DNA of 55,906 nucleotides from a virus (lineage: Duplodnaviria > Caudoviricetes). The stretch spans positions 1-55,906 of IMG/VR virus record IMGVR_UViG_3300042395_000266; one strand, written 5' to 3'. Positions within the stretch are counted from its first letter, which is position 1. Each line of letters opens with the position of its first letter. The notes under the pieces were generated by a model that saw nothing but the letters and a program-made list of their open reading frames with translations, was not told where the DNA came from and did no database searches. A program made the position numbers and the translations under genes. This document shows positions 28,350 through 38,089 of this stretch, one piece after another.

Positions 28350-29771
28350 ATGAGTTGGTTGTGGCAGCACCAGCAGGACGCGATCAAATACGCAATGGGG
28401 CGCAGGGACGTTCTGCTCCACTGCGGTATGGGGACGGGGAAAACCCGTGTCGCCCTGGAGGTCGCCCGACTGCTCATTGAGGAGTGCAGGCTGGAAGGGA
28501 AGCCGGCCCGCATCCTCGTGGGCTGCCCCAAGGCGGTGATGCCGGCCTGGGCGAAGCAGGCGGGCCTGTGGCTGCCGGGCGTCAGGGTTCTCGTGCTCGA
28601 CAAGGGCACGGCCCGCGACAAGGAGGCCCGCATCGTGGCGGCCCTCTGCGACACGTCGCCGCTCATCATCGTTGGCAACTACGAGAGCCTGCGGCTGATG
28701 CCGACGCTTGACCGAGTGCCGTGGGCCTGTCTTGTGTGGGACGAGGTTCACCGGCTCAAGAGCGCGACGGGCGCCGCCAGCAAGTGGGCCGCGAAACTCT
28801 GCAAAAGGAACCCGACAGCCAAGCGGATCGGCATGTCTGGCACGCTCCTGGCTCATTCTCCCCTAGACGCGCTGGGGACGTGGCGAGCCGTCGAGTCGCC
28901 GGAGTGCCCGACGTTCGGGTCGCTCGTGACCATGTTCAAGGCGAAATACTTCGCCATCCATCCGCATATCCGCGGCGCCGTCCTGGGCCTGCGGCGCGAC
29001 ATGGAACAGGAGTTTGCCGAGAAGGTCGCCGCCACGACGTTTCTCCGTAAAAGCGAAGACGTGCTCGACCTCCCGCCGCTGATGGTCGAGGACGTGCCCG
29101 TCGAACTTACGCCCGCAGAAGCCTCGCTCTACATGGAGGTGGAGCGAGAATTCTGCGCGGTGTGCGAGGCAGGCACCGTCACGCCGGCCAACGCGATGGT
29201 CGCGGTGCTGCGGCTTCAGCAGATTTGCGGCGGCTACGTCAAGTACGACGAGCAACTGGCGGCCAAGAGGATCGATGAGCGGCCGAGCAAGCAGGCGGCG
29301 CTGGAGGATCGGCTGGCCGACCTCTCCCCCGACGAGCAGGCGGTCGTGTTCTGCCGGTTTCGTTCCGACCTCGACTCAGGCATCGACGCAGCGAAGCGCG
29401 TTGGCCGCAGCGTGAGCGAACTGTCGGGTAGAATGAACGACTTTGCCGAGTGGCAGGCCGGTCGGACGAATCTCCTCGTGGCGCAGATTGCCAGCGGCGG
29501 CGTGGGCGTAGACATGTCGATGTGCGCCTACGGTTTTTTCTATTCGCTGGGCTACAGCCTCGCGGAATACCTCCAGGCCGTAGCGAGGCTGCACCGCCCC
29601 GGCCAGACGAAGACCACGCATTTCTACCACCTAATCGCTACGCTACCGAACGCGCGAAAGACCGTGGATGGTCGTGTCTATGAAGCCCTGTCCCAACGAA
29701 AGGAAGTGATCGATGCAGTCATCGCAGGCTACCGAACCCGAGACAACGGGGTTGCAGGCGTACCTTTCTGA
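28350..29771 (+). CDS. SNF2-family helicase
   Basis: GMGTGKT, DEVH, SGT, GGVGVD, QAVARLHRPGQ. Confidence 0.92.
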   Translation: MSWLWQHQQDAIKYAMGRRDVLLHCGMGTGKTRVALEVARLLIEECRLEGKPARILVGCPKAVMPAWAKQAGLWLPGVRVLVLDKGTARDKEARIVAALCDTSPLIIVGNYESLRLMPTLDRVPWACLVWDEVHRLKSATGAASKWAAKLCKRNPTAKRIGMSGTLLAHSPLDALGTWRAVESPECPTFGSLVTMFKAKYFAIHPHIRGAVLGLRRDMEQEFAEKVAATTFLRKSEDVLDLPPLMVEDVPVELTPAEASLYMEVEREFCAVCEAGTVTPANAMVAVLRLQQICGGYVKYDEQLAAKRIDERPSKQAALEDRLADLSPDEQAVVFCRFRSDLDSGIDAAKRVGRSVSELSGRMNDFAEWQAGRTNLLVAQIASGGVGVDMSMCAYGFFYSLGYSLAEYLQAVARLHRPGQTKTTHFYHLIATLPNARKTVDGRVYEALSQRKEVIDAVIAGYRTRDNGVAGVPF

Positions 29772-30174
29772 AATCGCAGAGATCGACCGCAAGACCCGCG
29801 AACTGGAAGACGAGGCCGACCGCCTGGGGAAGCGCCGCCAGCATCTGGAGCGGCTGGCGGTCGAGGAAATGCTGGAACAGCGGCTCGACGGCGTCCGCGT
29901 GGCAGGCCGCTCGTGGCGCGTCGAATACGACCACTCCATGAGCGTGAGTCAGGAGCGGCGAGATGCCGTGCTCGCGGCCGCCAAGGCCGAGGGCGTGGAG
30001 AAAGAGGTCGCGATGGTCAACACCGCGCGGCTCAAGGCCATCCTCAAGGAAAAGGCCAAGGCCGCCGGCAAGCCCGCGCACGCCGAGCACTCCGCGGGGA
30101 CGGCGTTTGAGGGGCTGGTTGGCGAGTTCGTTCAGCCACGCATCCGGCATGTGACCCTGCCGCGCAAGGACTAG
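29713..30174 (+). CDS. Hypothetical coiled-coil replication-region protein
   Basis: Charged helical ORF; VNTARLKA. Confidence 0.6.
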   Translation: MQSSQATEPETTGLQAYLSEIAEIDRKTRELEDEADRLGKRRQHLERLAVEEMLEQRLDGVRVAGRSWRVEYDHSMSVSQERRDAVLAAAKAEGVEKEVAMVNTARLKAILKEKAKAAGKPAHAEHSAGTAFEGLVGEFVQPRIRHVTLPRKD

Positions 30175-30242
30175 CAGACGTGCCGGGCCGCGCGTTGCGG
30201 TGCCGGCGTTGATGGATCGGAAAGTGCGCTCAAGGAGAAACT

Positions 30243-31019
30243 ATGAGCACAGCAATCAGTACGGACGTGAAGACTCTCGACTACCCGGCGCTTGGCGCGA
30301 ACAGCAAGCAGGCGCTCATCATCCAGGCAAACCTCGACGGCGAGCCGATGCGGGAGCAGGACTTGGTTCGTGTCCCGACGCCGGCCGGCGGGGCGACGAA
30401 GTGGAACGTGGACGTGAACGGCAACGTCGAGAGCACCGACGAGTTGGTCGGCCTCCTTGTCGCCGTCGGCAAGCGTGGGGTGCTGTGGCCGAAGGCCGAC
30501 CCCAGCGACATGCGGCCCGTGATCGTGACGCACGACCTCATCATTGGCTACCGAGTGAGTGATGAGTTGGGCGAAATCGATCCCAAGAGCCTGGAGAAGT
30601 ACCGCCTGGGTGACCGCCGGTACGATTGGGCGTCCATCTCCACGTCGCCTGAGTTCGGCTGGGGCGCGGGCAAGGGGTCGAGCGCCGGCAAGAAGGTCAA
30701 GGAGAGCCGCATCCTGGCGATTCTTCGTCAGGGCGACACATGGCCGATCCTCGTGACCGTCGGGCCGGGGTCGCTCGCAATCTTTGAGCCGTGGCGGAAG
30801 CGTCTTCCCGACTTCCACTACGCCTGCGTGATCGGCTTGAAACTCCAGAAGGCCAAGTCCACCGGAGGCCAGCCGTACTCGCAGATCGTGCCGCGAGTCA
30901 TCGGCACGATCAGCGACGAGCAGGCCGAGGTCGCCCGAAAGACCTACACGGTGCCGCTGAAGGCCATGTTCAACGCGCCGCCGGCCGGCTCCCCGGTCGT
31001 CAGCCACGAGGACGAGTGA
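30243..31019 (+). CDS. Putative ssDNA-binding protein
   Basis: RVPTPAGG, acidic C-terminus (HEDE); lies in the replication module. Confidence 0.5.
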   Translation: MSTAISTDVKTLDYPALGANSKQALIIQANLDGEPMREQDLVRVPTPAGGATKWNVDVNGNVESTDELVGLLVAVGKRGVLWPKADPSDMRPVIVTHDLIIGYRVSDELGEIDPKSLEKYRLGDRRYDWASISTSPEFGWGAGKGSSAGKKVKESRILAILRQGDTWPILVTVGPGSLAIFEPWRKRLPDFHYACVIGLKLQKAKSTGGQPYSQIVPRVIGTISDEQAEVARKTYTVPLKAMFNAPPAGSPVVSHEDE

Positions 31020-31167
31020 CCTACCCGGCCGGGCCGGCGGCGGAAACCCGCCTTACGTCATCGGTGGCGGGCCGGTCGCCTAGCCGCGTCGTGGCGTCGT
31101 AACAGCGGAAGTTTGCCGAGGGCACTGGTGTCACCTTTCCCACCATCTCCGGCGAGCGAATGGCCTG

Positions 31168-31207
31168 CCGCGGGGCCGGCATGACGCCGGCCCCGCGGGG
31201 GCTTTTC
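31168..31207 (+). terminator. Strong 13-bp hairpin, possible terminator or attenuator
   Basis: CCGCGGGGCCGGC-ATGAC-GCCGGCCCCGCGG then GGGCTTTT. Confidence 0.5.
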
Positions 31208-31227
31208 CAACACACAAGGAGGTTCTC

Positions 31228-33012
31228 ATGGCATACGAATGGAATCCTGACGTTCTCTTTCGCGCCGCCGCCCTGGCGATCAGCAAGGGCATCCACATCG
31301 CGCGGCTGTACGGCATCACACCAGAGGGTCACTGCACCTGCGCGAACCCCGACCACCGCGTCGGTGGGCCAGCCGAACTCCAGTGCGGCAAGCACCCTCG
31401 CGGCAAGGATTGGGCGAACCGCGCCGCCACCACCGAGGACGAAATCCTGGCGTGGCTGGAGGAGGGTATCCCGTTCAACATCGGCGCCGTGCTGGGGCCG
31501 CGCAGCGGCATCATCGACATGGAGTGGGACGACGAGCGGGCAAAGGCTTACGCCGAGACGCTGGGCCTCTGCGACATAGAAACGCCGACCTACGTCTCCG
31601 GCCGCTCCGAGCACCGCCTGTTCCTGTGGGACGACAGGCTCTCCGAGTGCAAGGCGGTCGTGCATCCCGGCGGCCTGGAGGTTCGCCTGGGCACTGGCGA
31701 GAAAGCCAGCCAGAGCGTGCTGCCGCCGTCTTGGCATTGGTCTGGAATCCAGTACCGCTGGAAGCCGGGTTTTTCGATGGAGGAGTTGCCGTTTGCACCC
31801 CTGCCCGACGTGCTCCTGCGTGCCATCGTCAACGATGCCGACCTGTCTGCCGGCGGCAAGAACGCGGGCGGCGTGTCGTCGCGGGCCGTGCTCCACGGCG
31901 ACGTGGGCAAGGGCAACAGGCATCCGTCGCTGCTCTCCTATGTCACCAGCAAGGTGTTCGCGCACCCCCGGTATCTGCGCGACAGCGTGCAGGCCGACAT
32001 GCTGGTTGAGATCGGCTTGGTCAACCAGCACCGCTGCAAGCCGCCGAAGACCAGCGACGAGGTCAGGGCGATGTTCTACAGCGTGGTCGAGTACCGGCGA
32101 AAAATGGAGGCCCGCAGCGAGGACGTGCCGGAGGACGACGAGGAGATCGCCAAGGTCGCTGCGAAGATTGAGGAACGCGAGAACGAGACGCAGCAAGTGC
32201 CGGTCAGCGGCTACTCGCTCCAGGGGCTGAAGTGGGCGCCGGTCGAGGGCTGGCCGCCGGGCGAGTGGCTCCCCGGAGATTGGTCGATTCAGGTCGTCCA
32301 CGGTGACCCGGCCGAGGTTGTGCTGTGCGTGCCGGCATGGAAGAACACGCCGTGCAAGGGCCGGGTGGCGTTCAACTTCAACGACTTTCGGTCTGCCAAA
32401 CTGGTGGCGGCCAAGGTCTTTGAGGCCACCCGGCGCGTGATCCTCGACGGGGACGGCAAACTCTGGCAAGTCGTGTGGCGAGGCCAGGAAGGCAACAGCA
32501 AGCGGCCGCGGCTGGCGGGGCTGATTGAGAAACTGCTGCTCGCCAAGCAGAAGGAAGACGACATTCACGTCGGGGCGTCGAGCCTGCGGTACGCCACGCT
32601 GGCAGCGTACCTCCTAGAAGCCCTCGCGAGGGCCAAGCCGCCGTCCGAGGAGAAGCCGGAACCAGAGAAGTCAGGGAGGCCCAGGTGGGTCACCAGCCGG
32701 GAGTTGTGGCTGGGATGGGCCAAGACCTGGGAGGAGATCGGCCGGGCGCACGACGTGGCGGCCGGGGAGCGGCTGCGGATCAAGCGGATGCTCTGCGACC
32801 GCCTGGGGGTCAAGGACTTCGTGGAGAAGCGGCACACGTTCGGCGGCCACAAGCAGTCCTACGTCGTGTTCGCGCCCGAGTGGGTCGAGGCCATCCAGCA
32901 TCTGGCCGAGGGCGGCCTGGAGGCGCCGAAGCCCGCGGACGCAATTCCGCCTAATACGGGGATGAGCGAAAAAAATTGTGGCAAAAAAATCTGCCAAACG
33001 ACGCGGCTTTAG
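31228..33012 (+). CDS. Bifunctional primase/polymerase (prim-pol)
   Basis: CTC...GKHP, NIG, IIDMEWD, H, VLPPSWH.SG..YRW; PriCT-like GNRH..L. Confidence 0.85.
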   Translation: MAYEWNPDVLFRAAALAISKGIHIARLYGITPEGHCTCANPDHRVGGPAELQCGKHPRGKDWANRAATTEDEILAWLEEGIPFNIGAVLGPRSGIIDMEWDDERAKAYAETLGLCDIETPTYVSGRSEHRLFLWDDRLSECKAVVHPGGLEVRLGTGEKASQSVLPPSWHWSGIQYRWKPGFSMEELPFAPLPDVLLRAIVNDADLSAGGKNAGGVSSRAVLHGDVGKGNRHPSLLSYVTSKVFAHPRYLRDSVQADMLVEIGLVNQHRCKPPKTSDEVRAMFYSVVEYRRKMEARSEDVPEDDEEIAKVAAKIEERENETQQVPVSGYSLQGLKWAPVEGWPPGEWLPGDWSIQVVHGDPAEVVLCVPAWKNTPCKGRVAFNFNDFRSAKLVAAKVFEATRRVILDGDGKLWQVVWRGQEGNSKRPRLAGLIEKLLLAKQKEDDIHVGASSLRYATLAAYLLEALARAKPPSEEKPEPEKSGRPRWVTSRELWLGWAKTWEEIGRAHDVAAGERLRIKRMLCDRLGVKDFVEKRHTFGGHKQSYVVFAPEWVEAIQHLAEGGLEAPKPADAIPPNTGMSEKNCGKKICQTTRL

Positions 33013-33197
33013 CGGATTTTGACGTAAGTCGTTGCTGGTAAAGGAGATGCGTTGGACGGGAAAAAATGATTTGGACGGAGAATCGGCGTCCAAGCCTCAT
33101 TTTTTCCACAAGTGAAGCGGTTTTTGTGGACGGAAAAAGTTTTTGACGACTCAAAAACATCAAAAAAGCCCTATTTTGGAGATCAGCAAATGGACGG
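32968..33197. other. Putative replication origin (A/T-tract region)
   Basis: Many A5-A7/T5-T6 tracts in a GC-rich genome; TGGACGG at 33053, 33072, 33127 and 33191. Confidence 0.5.
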
Positions 33198-34875
33198 CGT
33201 GAAGGTGCTTCGGGCGATTGGCGGCGCGGGGACGGGAAAAACGCGGCTGATGATATCGACCGCCGAGAAGGCGTTGGCCCGACCCGAGGTGGGCGGCAAC
33301 CCGTTCGCCATCGGGTTCTCCAGTTTCACCCGCGCGGCCAGGGCCGAGGCCGCCGGCCGAGCCGCCCAGGCGTGGGGCATGGCCCAAGCCGAACTGGAGC
33401 GCGACGGGTGGTTCAGGACGTGCCACAGCGTGGCCTACCGGCAGTTGGGCGTCAGCAAGGGGGAAGTGCTTGGCGGCAGCAAGGCCGACGACAAATGGGT
33501 GTCTGAAGCCTTGGGGAGCGACGTGGCGTATTCGGTGGAGGAGGACGGCGGATACGCGGTCTACACGGGCGACCCGGTGGCGGCGGCGGCGCTGAACTAC
33601 TGGTCGCTGGCCCGGTCGATGGTCGTGCCCCTGCGGGAGATCGCGGAATCTGCCTACGAGTGGGAGGACGACGCTCCGTCCGCGGAGGAGGTGATCCGCC
33701 GCATTGAGATGTACGAGACGGCCAAGCGGCTCGACGGCCGCGTGGACTTCACCGACCTCCTCTGCCGGTTCGTTGGCGTGAGCAACGACCCGGCCGGCGG
33801 CCCCGACTTCGTCGCCCCCGAAGGGAAGGTGCCGGATGGGGTCGTGGGCTGGATTTTTGACGAGGCCCAGGACGCATCAAAACTCCTCGACATGGCCTGC
33901 CGGCGGCTCGTGTCTGGCGACTCGTGCAAGTGGGCGTGGATCGTAGGCGACCCGTTTCAAGTGCTCTACTCGTGGGCGGGGGCGTCGAGCGAGTTCTTCA
34001 TGGGCTGGCCGGTCGTCAGGCAGGAAATCATGCCCAAGTCTTACCGCTGCGCGGCCCCCATCCTCCAGTTGGGCGAGGATTGCCTTCAGCGACTCCACAA
34101 AGGCTACTGGAACAGAGGAATCGCGGCGGCCGACCATGACGGCGAGGTGGTCGAGAGCGGCAACTACGAAGACGATTTGAGCGACCTCACGCCCGACCGG
34201 GAGACGCTCGTGATTGCCAGGACGAACCGCAACGTCGGCAGGATCGCCAGCATCTTGGAGGACTGCGGCGTTCCGTACCGCCGGATCAAGGCCAAGGACG
34301 GCGCCCACAACGCCGACATCGGCATGGCGGGGCTGTGGAAGTTAGAGCACGGGCAGCACGCCACCCGCGAGGAGTGGACGCAGGCCATCGACCTCCTGCC
34401 GAGTCAGACGATCCGCCGCGAGGCCGGCGTCGAGCACAAGGAGACGCTGCTGGCCCGCGGGTCGAAGGCCCAGTGGAGTCGAGGGCTGGCCGAGCGGCAC
34501 GACATTCTGTTCCCCGAGGACTTGGCCGGCGTCGGCGCGACCGAGCACCTCCGCGGCATGATCGCGGACGGCCGCTGGTGCGAACTGGTGGACGGCGGCA
34601 TCAAGTGGCACCGGGCGGCCAAGAAGTTCGGCCTGGAGGTCGTCGCCAGCCCGAAGATTCGCATCGGCACGATCCACGCGGCCAAGGGCATGGAGGCAGA
34701 CAACGTGATCGTGCTTTCCAGCGTCGGCCGCCGCATCCGCGACGGGGAGGAGCGGAGCGATGAGCGGCACGACGAGGAGCGGCGGATCGAATACGTCGCC
34801 GTTACCAGGGCCAGGAAGCGGCTGGTGGTCGCGCACGACCCCCGCGAGAAGTACCGAATGGAATTGCCCCTCTGA
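33190..34875 (+). CDS. UvrD/Rep-like SF1 helicase
   Basis: GGAGTGKT, DEAQD, GDPFQ, SYR, TIHAAKGME, YVAVTRAR. Confidence 0.92.
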   Translation: MDGVKVLRAIGGAGTGKTRLMISTAEKALARPEVGGNPFAIGFSSFTRAARAEAAGRAAQAWGMAQAELERDGWFRTCHSVAYRQLGVSKGEVLGGSKADDKWVSEALGSDVAYSVEEDGGYAVYTGDPVAAAALNYWSLARSMVVPLREIAESAYEWEDDAPSAEEVIRRIEMYETAKRLDGRVDFTDLLCRFVGVSNDPAGGPDFVAPEGKVPDGVVGWIFDEAQDASKLLDMACRRLVSGDSCKWAWIVGDPFQVLYSWAGASSEFFMGWPVVRQEIMPKSYRCAAPILQLGEDCLQRLHKGYWNRGIAAADHDGEVVESGNYEDDLSDLTPDRETLVIARTNRNVGRIASILEDCGVPYRRIKAKDGAHNADIGMAGLWKLEHGQHATREEWTQAIDLLPSQTIRREAGVEHKETLLARGSKAQWSRGLAERHDILFPEDLAGVGATEHLRGMIADGRWCELVDGGIKWHRAAKKFGLEVVASPKIRIGTIHAAKGMEADNVIVLSSVGRRIRDGEERSDERHDEERRIEYVAVTRARKRLVVAHDPREKYRMELPL

Positions 34876-34909
34876 CGCAGGCTACCTAACCCCACAAAGG
34901 AGAGCGCCA

Positions 34910-35380
34910 ATGCTGTTTGATATTTCGCCCGACGAGCCGCAGCCGAAGAAGAAGGGTGGAAAGTCCCGCGCGCGCGCAAAGGCCGCACCCCCTCCAGCCG
35001 AAGTCGTCGCACCCGTTTTGGCCCCTTATTTTATAGGGGAAAGGCCCATCCCGGCCCTTGGCACCATCGATGGCGAGTACGTCTGCGCTGACGACTCGTG
35101 CGCGGCCGGCTCGCAAGACATTCTCGCGGAGTTCGACGGCGAGTGGACGGTCGAGTGTGCGCTGTGCGGCACCCGGCAGCGAGTCGCCGCCATCCAAGAC
35201 CACCTCAAGCCCAAGGGGGACGTGTTCGTTGTGTCCGACGGCCGGTTCGCCGGCATGACGTTGGACGAGATTAGCAGGCAGCCGCGAGGGCCGGAGTGGC
35301 TGGCCTGGGCCGTCGCGGAGCACCCCCGGCAGTTCGTCAGAGAGGCCGTCCAGAAACACGCATTGACCGTCGCCAGATAG
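34910..35380 (+). CDS. Zn-ribbon protein with a GRFAG..L.EI C-terminal motif
   Basis: SD AAGGAG; C..C, CALC. Confidence 0.6.
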   Translation: MLFDISPDEPQPKKKGGKSRARAKAAPPPAEVVAPVLAPYFIGERPIPALGTIDGEYVCADDSCAAGSQDILAEFDGEWTVECALCGTRQRVAAIQDHLKPKGDVFVVSDGRFAGMTLDEISRQPRGPEWLAWAVAEHPRQFVREAVQKHALTVAR

Positions 35381-35391
35381 CCCGTTAGGCT
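35363..35391 (+). promoter_or_regulatory. csrA promoter
   Basis: TTGACC-17 nt-TAGGCT. Confidence 0.6.
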
Positions 35392-35418
35392 ACCCACCAC
35401 GCAAAAGGAGTTGCGACC

Positions 35419-35610
35419 ATGCTCGTCATCACACGAAAAGCCGGTCAAAGGATTTGGATCGGGAACGACGTGGAGGTCACGGTCGGCCGTGTCCTGCCCG
35501 ACGGCCGCGTGCGGCTGTGCATTACCGCACCCAAGCACGTCACGGTCGTCCGCGACGAACTGCTGACCCGAGCCGACGCGGCAGCGCGGGAGGAGAGGGT
35601 CGCCCGATGA
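35419..35610 (+). CDS. csrA: Carbon storage regulator CsrA/RsmA
   Basis: MLVITRKAGQRIWIGNDVEVTV...VRLCITAPKHVTVVRDEL matches the family signature. Confidence 0.93.
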   Translation: MLVITRKAGQRIWIGNDVEVTVGRVLPDGRVRLCITAPKHVTVVRDELLTRADAAAREERVAR

Positions 35611-35879
35611 GCAAGAAGAAGCCCGTACAGAAGCCCGCGACTACGCACGACGAGATCATGCGGCAGATCGCCGTCTTGGCGGCGAGGATTTCAGAGGTTG
35701 AAAGCGGCCTCGTCTCCGTTCGCCAGCACAGCGAGGTCGCTGTCGAGGAAATGATCCAGACGCGGGACACCTTCCGCGAGTTGCGATCATTAGTCAACGT
35801 CAAGTTCTTGCTGCTTGAGAAGCCGGCCAGCAAGCAGTCGTGGTTCTCGTGGCTGCGAGGCGCCGGGGCCGGGCGATGA
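35607..35879 (+). CDS. Hypothetical coiled-coil protein
   Basis: ATGA overlap. Confidence 0.6.
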   Translation: MSKKKPVQKPATTHDEIMRQIAVLAARISEVESGLVSVRQHSEVAVEEMIQTRDTFRELRSLVNVKFLLLEKPASKQSWFSWLRGAGAGR

Positions 35880-35962
35880 CAAACCTGTGGCTAAACGTGT
35901 TCGCGGTGCTCGTGCTTGTCGGCGCTGTGTGCTACCTGACCCTCGTCCCCTACATGGATTGA
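35876..35962 (+). CDS. 28-aa single-TM peptide
   Basis: ATGA overlap; MTNLWLNVFAVLVLVGAVCYLTLVPYMD. Confidence 0.5.
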   Translation: MTNLWLNVFAVLVLVGAVCYLTLVPYMD

Positions 35963-35970
35963 GTAATCGC

Positions 35971-36189
35971 ATGAAGCGGCCTCCAGAATTTCGCGTTGAT
36001 GACGAGCAGTTCGTCATGGAGTGCATCGATGAATTGACGGCTCCGTATGTTGACGTGCGTATCGACACGATCCCGCAGGAGTCGGATGACGCCGACTATT
36101 CGGAACGCCCCGAGTTGCTCCGCAAGGCCGCCGCGTGGCTCGTGAAGGCCGCCGAGTGGCTGGAGCAGGAGCAGGCAAAATGTCTGTGA
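35971..36189 (+). CDS. Hypothetical protein
   Basis: Packed ORF. Confidence 0.55.
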   Translation: MKRPPEFRVDDEQFVMECIDELTAPYVDVRIDTIPQESDDADYSERPELLRKAAAWLVKAAEWLEQEQAKCL

Positions 36190-37037
36190 TGATCCGCGAG
36201 GGCGACTGCATCGACGTTCTCAAGACGTTCGCAGATCAGAGCGTCCACTGCGTCGTCACGTCGCCGCCCTACTGGAAGGCCCGCAACTACGGCGGCGGCG
36301 CCGGAGAACTGGGGGCCGAGCGCGATCCGATGATGTTCGTAGAGCGTCTTCTGCTGATTTTTGACGAGGTGCGCCGCGTCCTCCGCGACGACGGGACGTG
36401 CTGGGTCAACCTGGGCGACACTATGCACGGCGGCTCGCTGGCCGGCATCCCCTGGTCGCTCGCGTCGGCCATGTCTCTTTCGGCACCTGGGTACGCCCGC
36501 CGCTGGTTCCTGCGGTCAGCCGCTCCGTGGATCAAGCGCAGCCCAATGCCCGAGGCCGTCACCAACCGGCCGTCGAACGGCCTGGAATACTTCTTCCTTT
36601 TCACAAAGAAGGCTACCGGCTACCACTATGACGCCGACGCTGTGCGGCTGCCGGTCTGTCCATCGACGCTGGCCCGCGACCAATACACCCGAATCTCGGC
36701 CGGCAAGGACGGCCCCTACGCCGTTCGGCACGATCACGAGACGCCCAGCAACCCCAAGGGCAGGAACCGCCGGAACACCGATTGGTGGACGGAGAGCCTT
36801 GGCTACGTCGTGGCGTCAGCAAGTTACGGCGGGAATCACTACGCCGTCATGCCTCCCAAGTTGGTCGAGCCGGCCATCAGCGCCGGATGCCCGGCCGGCG
36901 GCGTGGTGCTCGACCCGTTCATGGGCACCGGCACCACCCTTGAGGTCGCCGTGTCGCTTGGCCGCAGCGCCATCGGCATCGAACTGAACCCCGACTACGT
37001 CAGGCTGGCAGAGGAGCGGATGGCCGCCTGCGCATGA
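36180..37037 (+). CDS. N4-C/N6-A DNA methyltransferase (beta class)
   Basis: VTSPPY and VLDPFMGTGTT, GIELN. Confidence 0.93.
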   Translation: MSVMIREGDCIDVLKTFADQSVHCVVTSPPYWKARNYGGGAGELGAERDPMMFVERLLLIFDEVRRVLRDDGTCWVNLGDTMHGGSLAGIPWSLASAMSLSAPGYARRWFLRSAAPWIKRSPMPEAVTNRPSNGLEYFFLFTKKATGYHYDADAVRLPVCPSTLARDQYTRISAGKDGPYAVRHDHETPSNPKGRNRRNTDWWTESLGYVVASASYGGNHYAVMPPKLVEPAISAGCPAGGVVLDPFMGTGTTLEVAVSLGRSAIGIELNPDYVRLAEERMAACA

Positions 37038-37246
37038 ACCAAGCGGAGAAGGACGCCGCCCTGCGGCGACTGATGCTGGCAAATGAGGTTTTCCGCGACT
37101 TGCGAGTGTCTGTAGAGGACGCGGCCGAGATGGCAAAGCAAACCAACGCATCCGCGCTCGCTTTCGCGGCGTTCCACCTGTCCGACTCTCTGCGAGCCTA
37201 CGCCCACGAAATGACCAAGTACGTTCTGGAGGTCATCAATGAATGA
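37034..37246 (+). CDS. Hypothetical protein
   Basis: ATGA overlap. Confidence 0.55.
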   Translation: MNQAEKDAALRRLMLANEVFRDLRVSVEDAAEMAKQTNASALAFAAFHLSDSLRAYAHEMTKYVLEVINE

Positions 37247-37496
37247 CTTCTCGTGGACTACCGCCGCGATGATTTTTGTGACCTACGTCGCCATCGACAT
37301 GCTCTACGCATGGTACGTCATCTGCGTGGGCGAGCGACGGGCCGTCACGGCCGCGCTCCTGACCTCTGTCATCTACAGCCTGCTGGCGTTCGGCGTCGTC
37401 AGTTATTCAAAAAACATCTTCTACCTCGTGCCCCTTGCCAGCGGCGCGTTCTTTGGCACCTATGTGATGGTGCGGCTCAAGAAGGTGGGCCAGTGA
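37239..37496 (+). CDS. Small multi-TM membrane protein
   Basis: Three hydrophobic segments; SD GGAGG. Confidence 0.65.
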   Translation: MNDFSWTTAAMIFVTYVAIDMLYAWYVICVGERRAVTAALLTSVIYSLLAFGVVSYSKNIFYLVPLASGAFFGTYVMVRLKKVGQ

Positions 37497-37804
37497 CAAC
37501 AAACGACGAAGTTTTTACCGACGCCTGCGACGAATCGCTCGCTCGCCAGCGAAAACGATTTGCAGCGAAGTGTGCGCGAGCAGCCAAGGCGGCCAGGAAG
37601 AAGTTCGGCAAGTGGATTCCGATGGCGAAGCAGCGGCCGCCGGATGCCAGGGTGCTGGTCGTGCGAGAGGTCGCCAACGGCAACCGCTACATCGATATGG
37701 CCGCGTGGTGGCACGACGAGCCGTGCGGCCTGCCGGCCATCTCGTCGCTTCAGAACGTCACGCACTGGATGCCGCTGCCAGAGTTGCCGGAGGCCAGCAA
37801 ATGA
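37493..37804 (+). CDS. DUF551-like protein
   Basis: WIPM...P, VTHWMPLPELP. Confidence 0.7.
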   Translation: MTTNDEVFTDACDESLARQRKRFAAKCARAAKAARKKFGKWIPMAKQRPPDARVLVVREVANGNRYIDMAAWWHDEPCGLPAISSLQNVTHWMPLPELPEASK

Positions 37805-38043
37805 GCGACGAGGTGGCGCACGAGTGCGTGGGCGGCCCGCTCGACGGCGAAATGCGGTCGTTCGGCAGGCCAAATTGCATGACCGTCTGCGTGCCGGAGT
37901 GGAGCATGGCCGGCATCGTGAGTCACTATTACTGCTTGACCATTTCCGTCTGGCCGCAGGGGCAAAAGACGTGGTGGTCGTACCGAGGCACAAATCAAAA
38001 CCGCATCAAAGACTACCCGGTGGTGGAACCCGCCTGGGAATGA
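37801..38043 (+). CDS. Hypothetical protein
   Basis: VGGPLDG motif; overlaps the previous stop. Confidence 0.55.
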   Translation: MSDEVAHECVGGPLDGEMRSFGRPNCMTVCVPEWSMAGIVSHYYCLTISVWPQGQKTWWSYRGTNQNRIKDYPVVEPAWE

Positions 38044-38089
38044 CGGCCGCGCGTGCGGTCGTGGATCGATGGACTCTGGAGACTCTGAT

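Noticed and set aside
37033-37050. GAACCAAGCG resembling an attC R'' box
   Set aside because: No L boxes or complementary arm; it is the start of an ORF.
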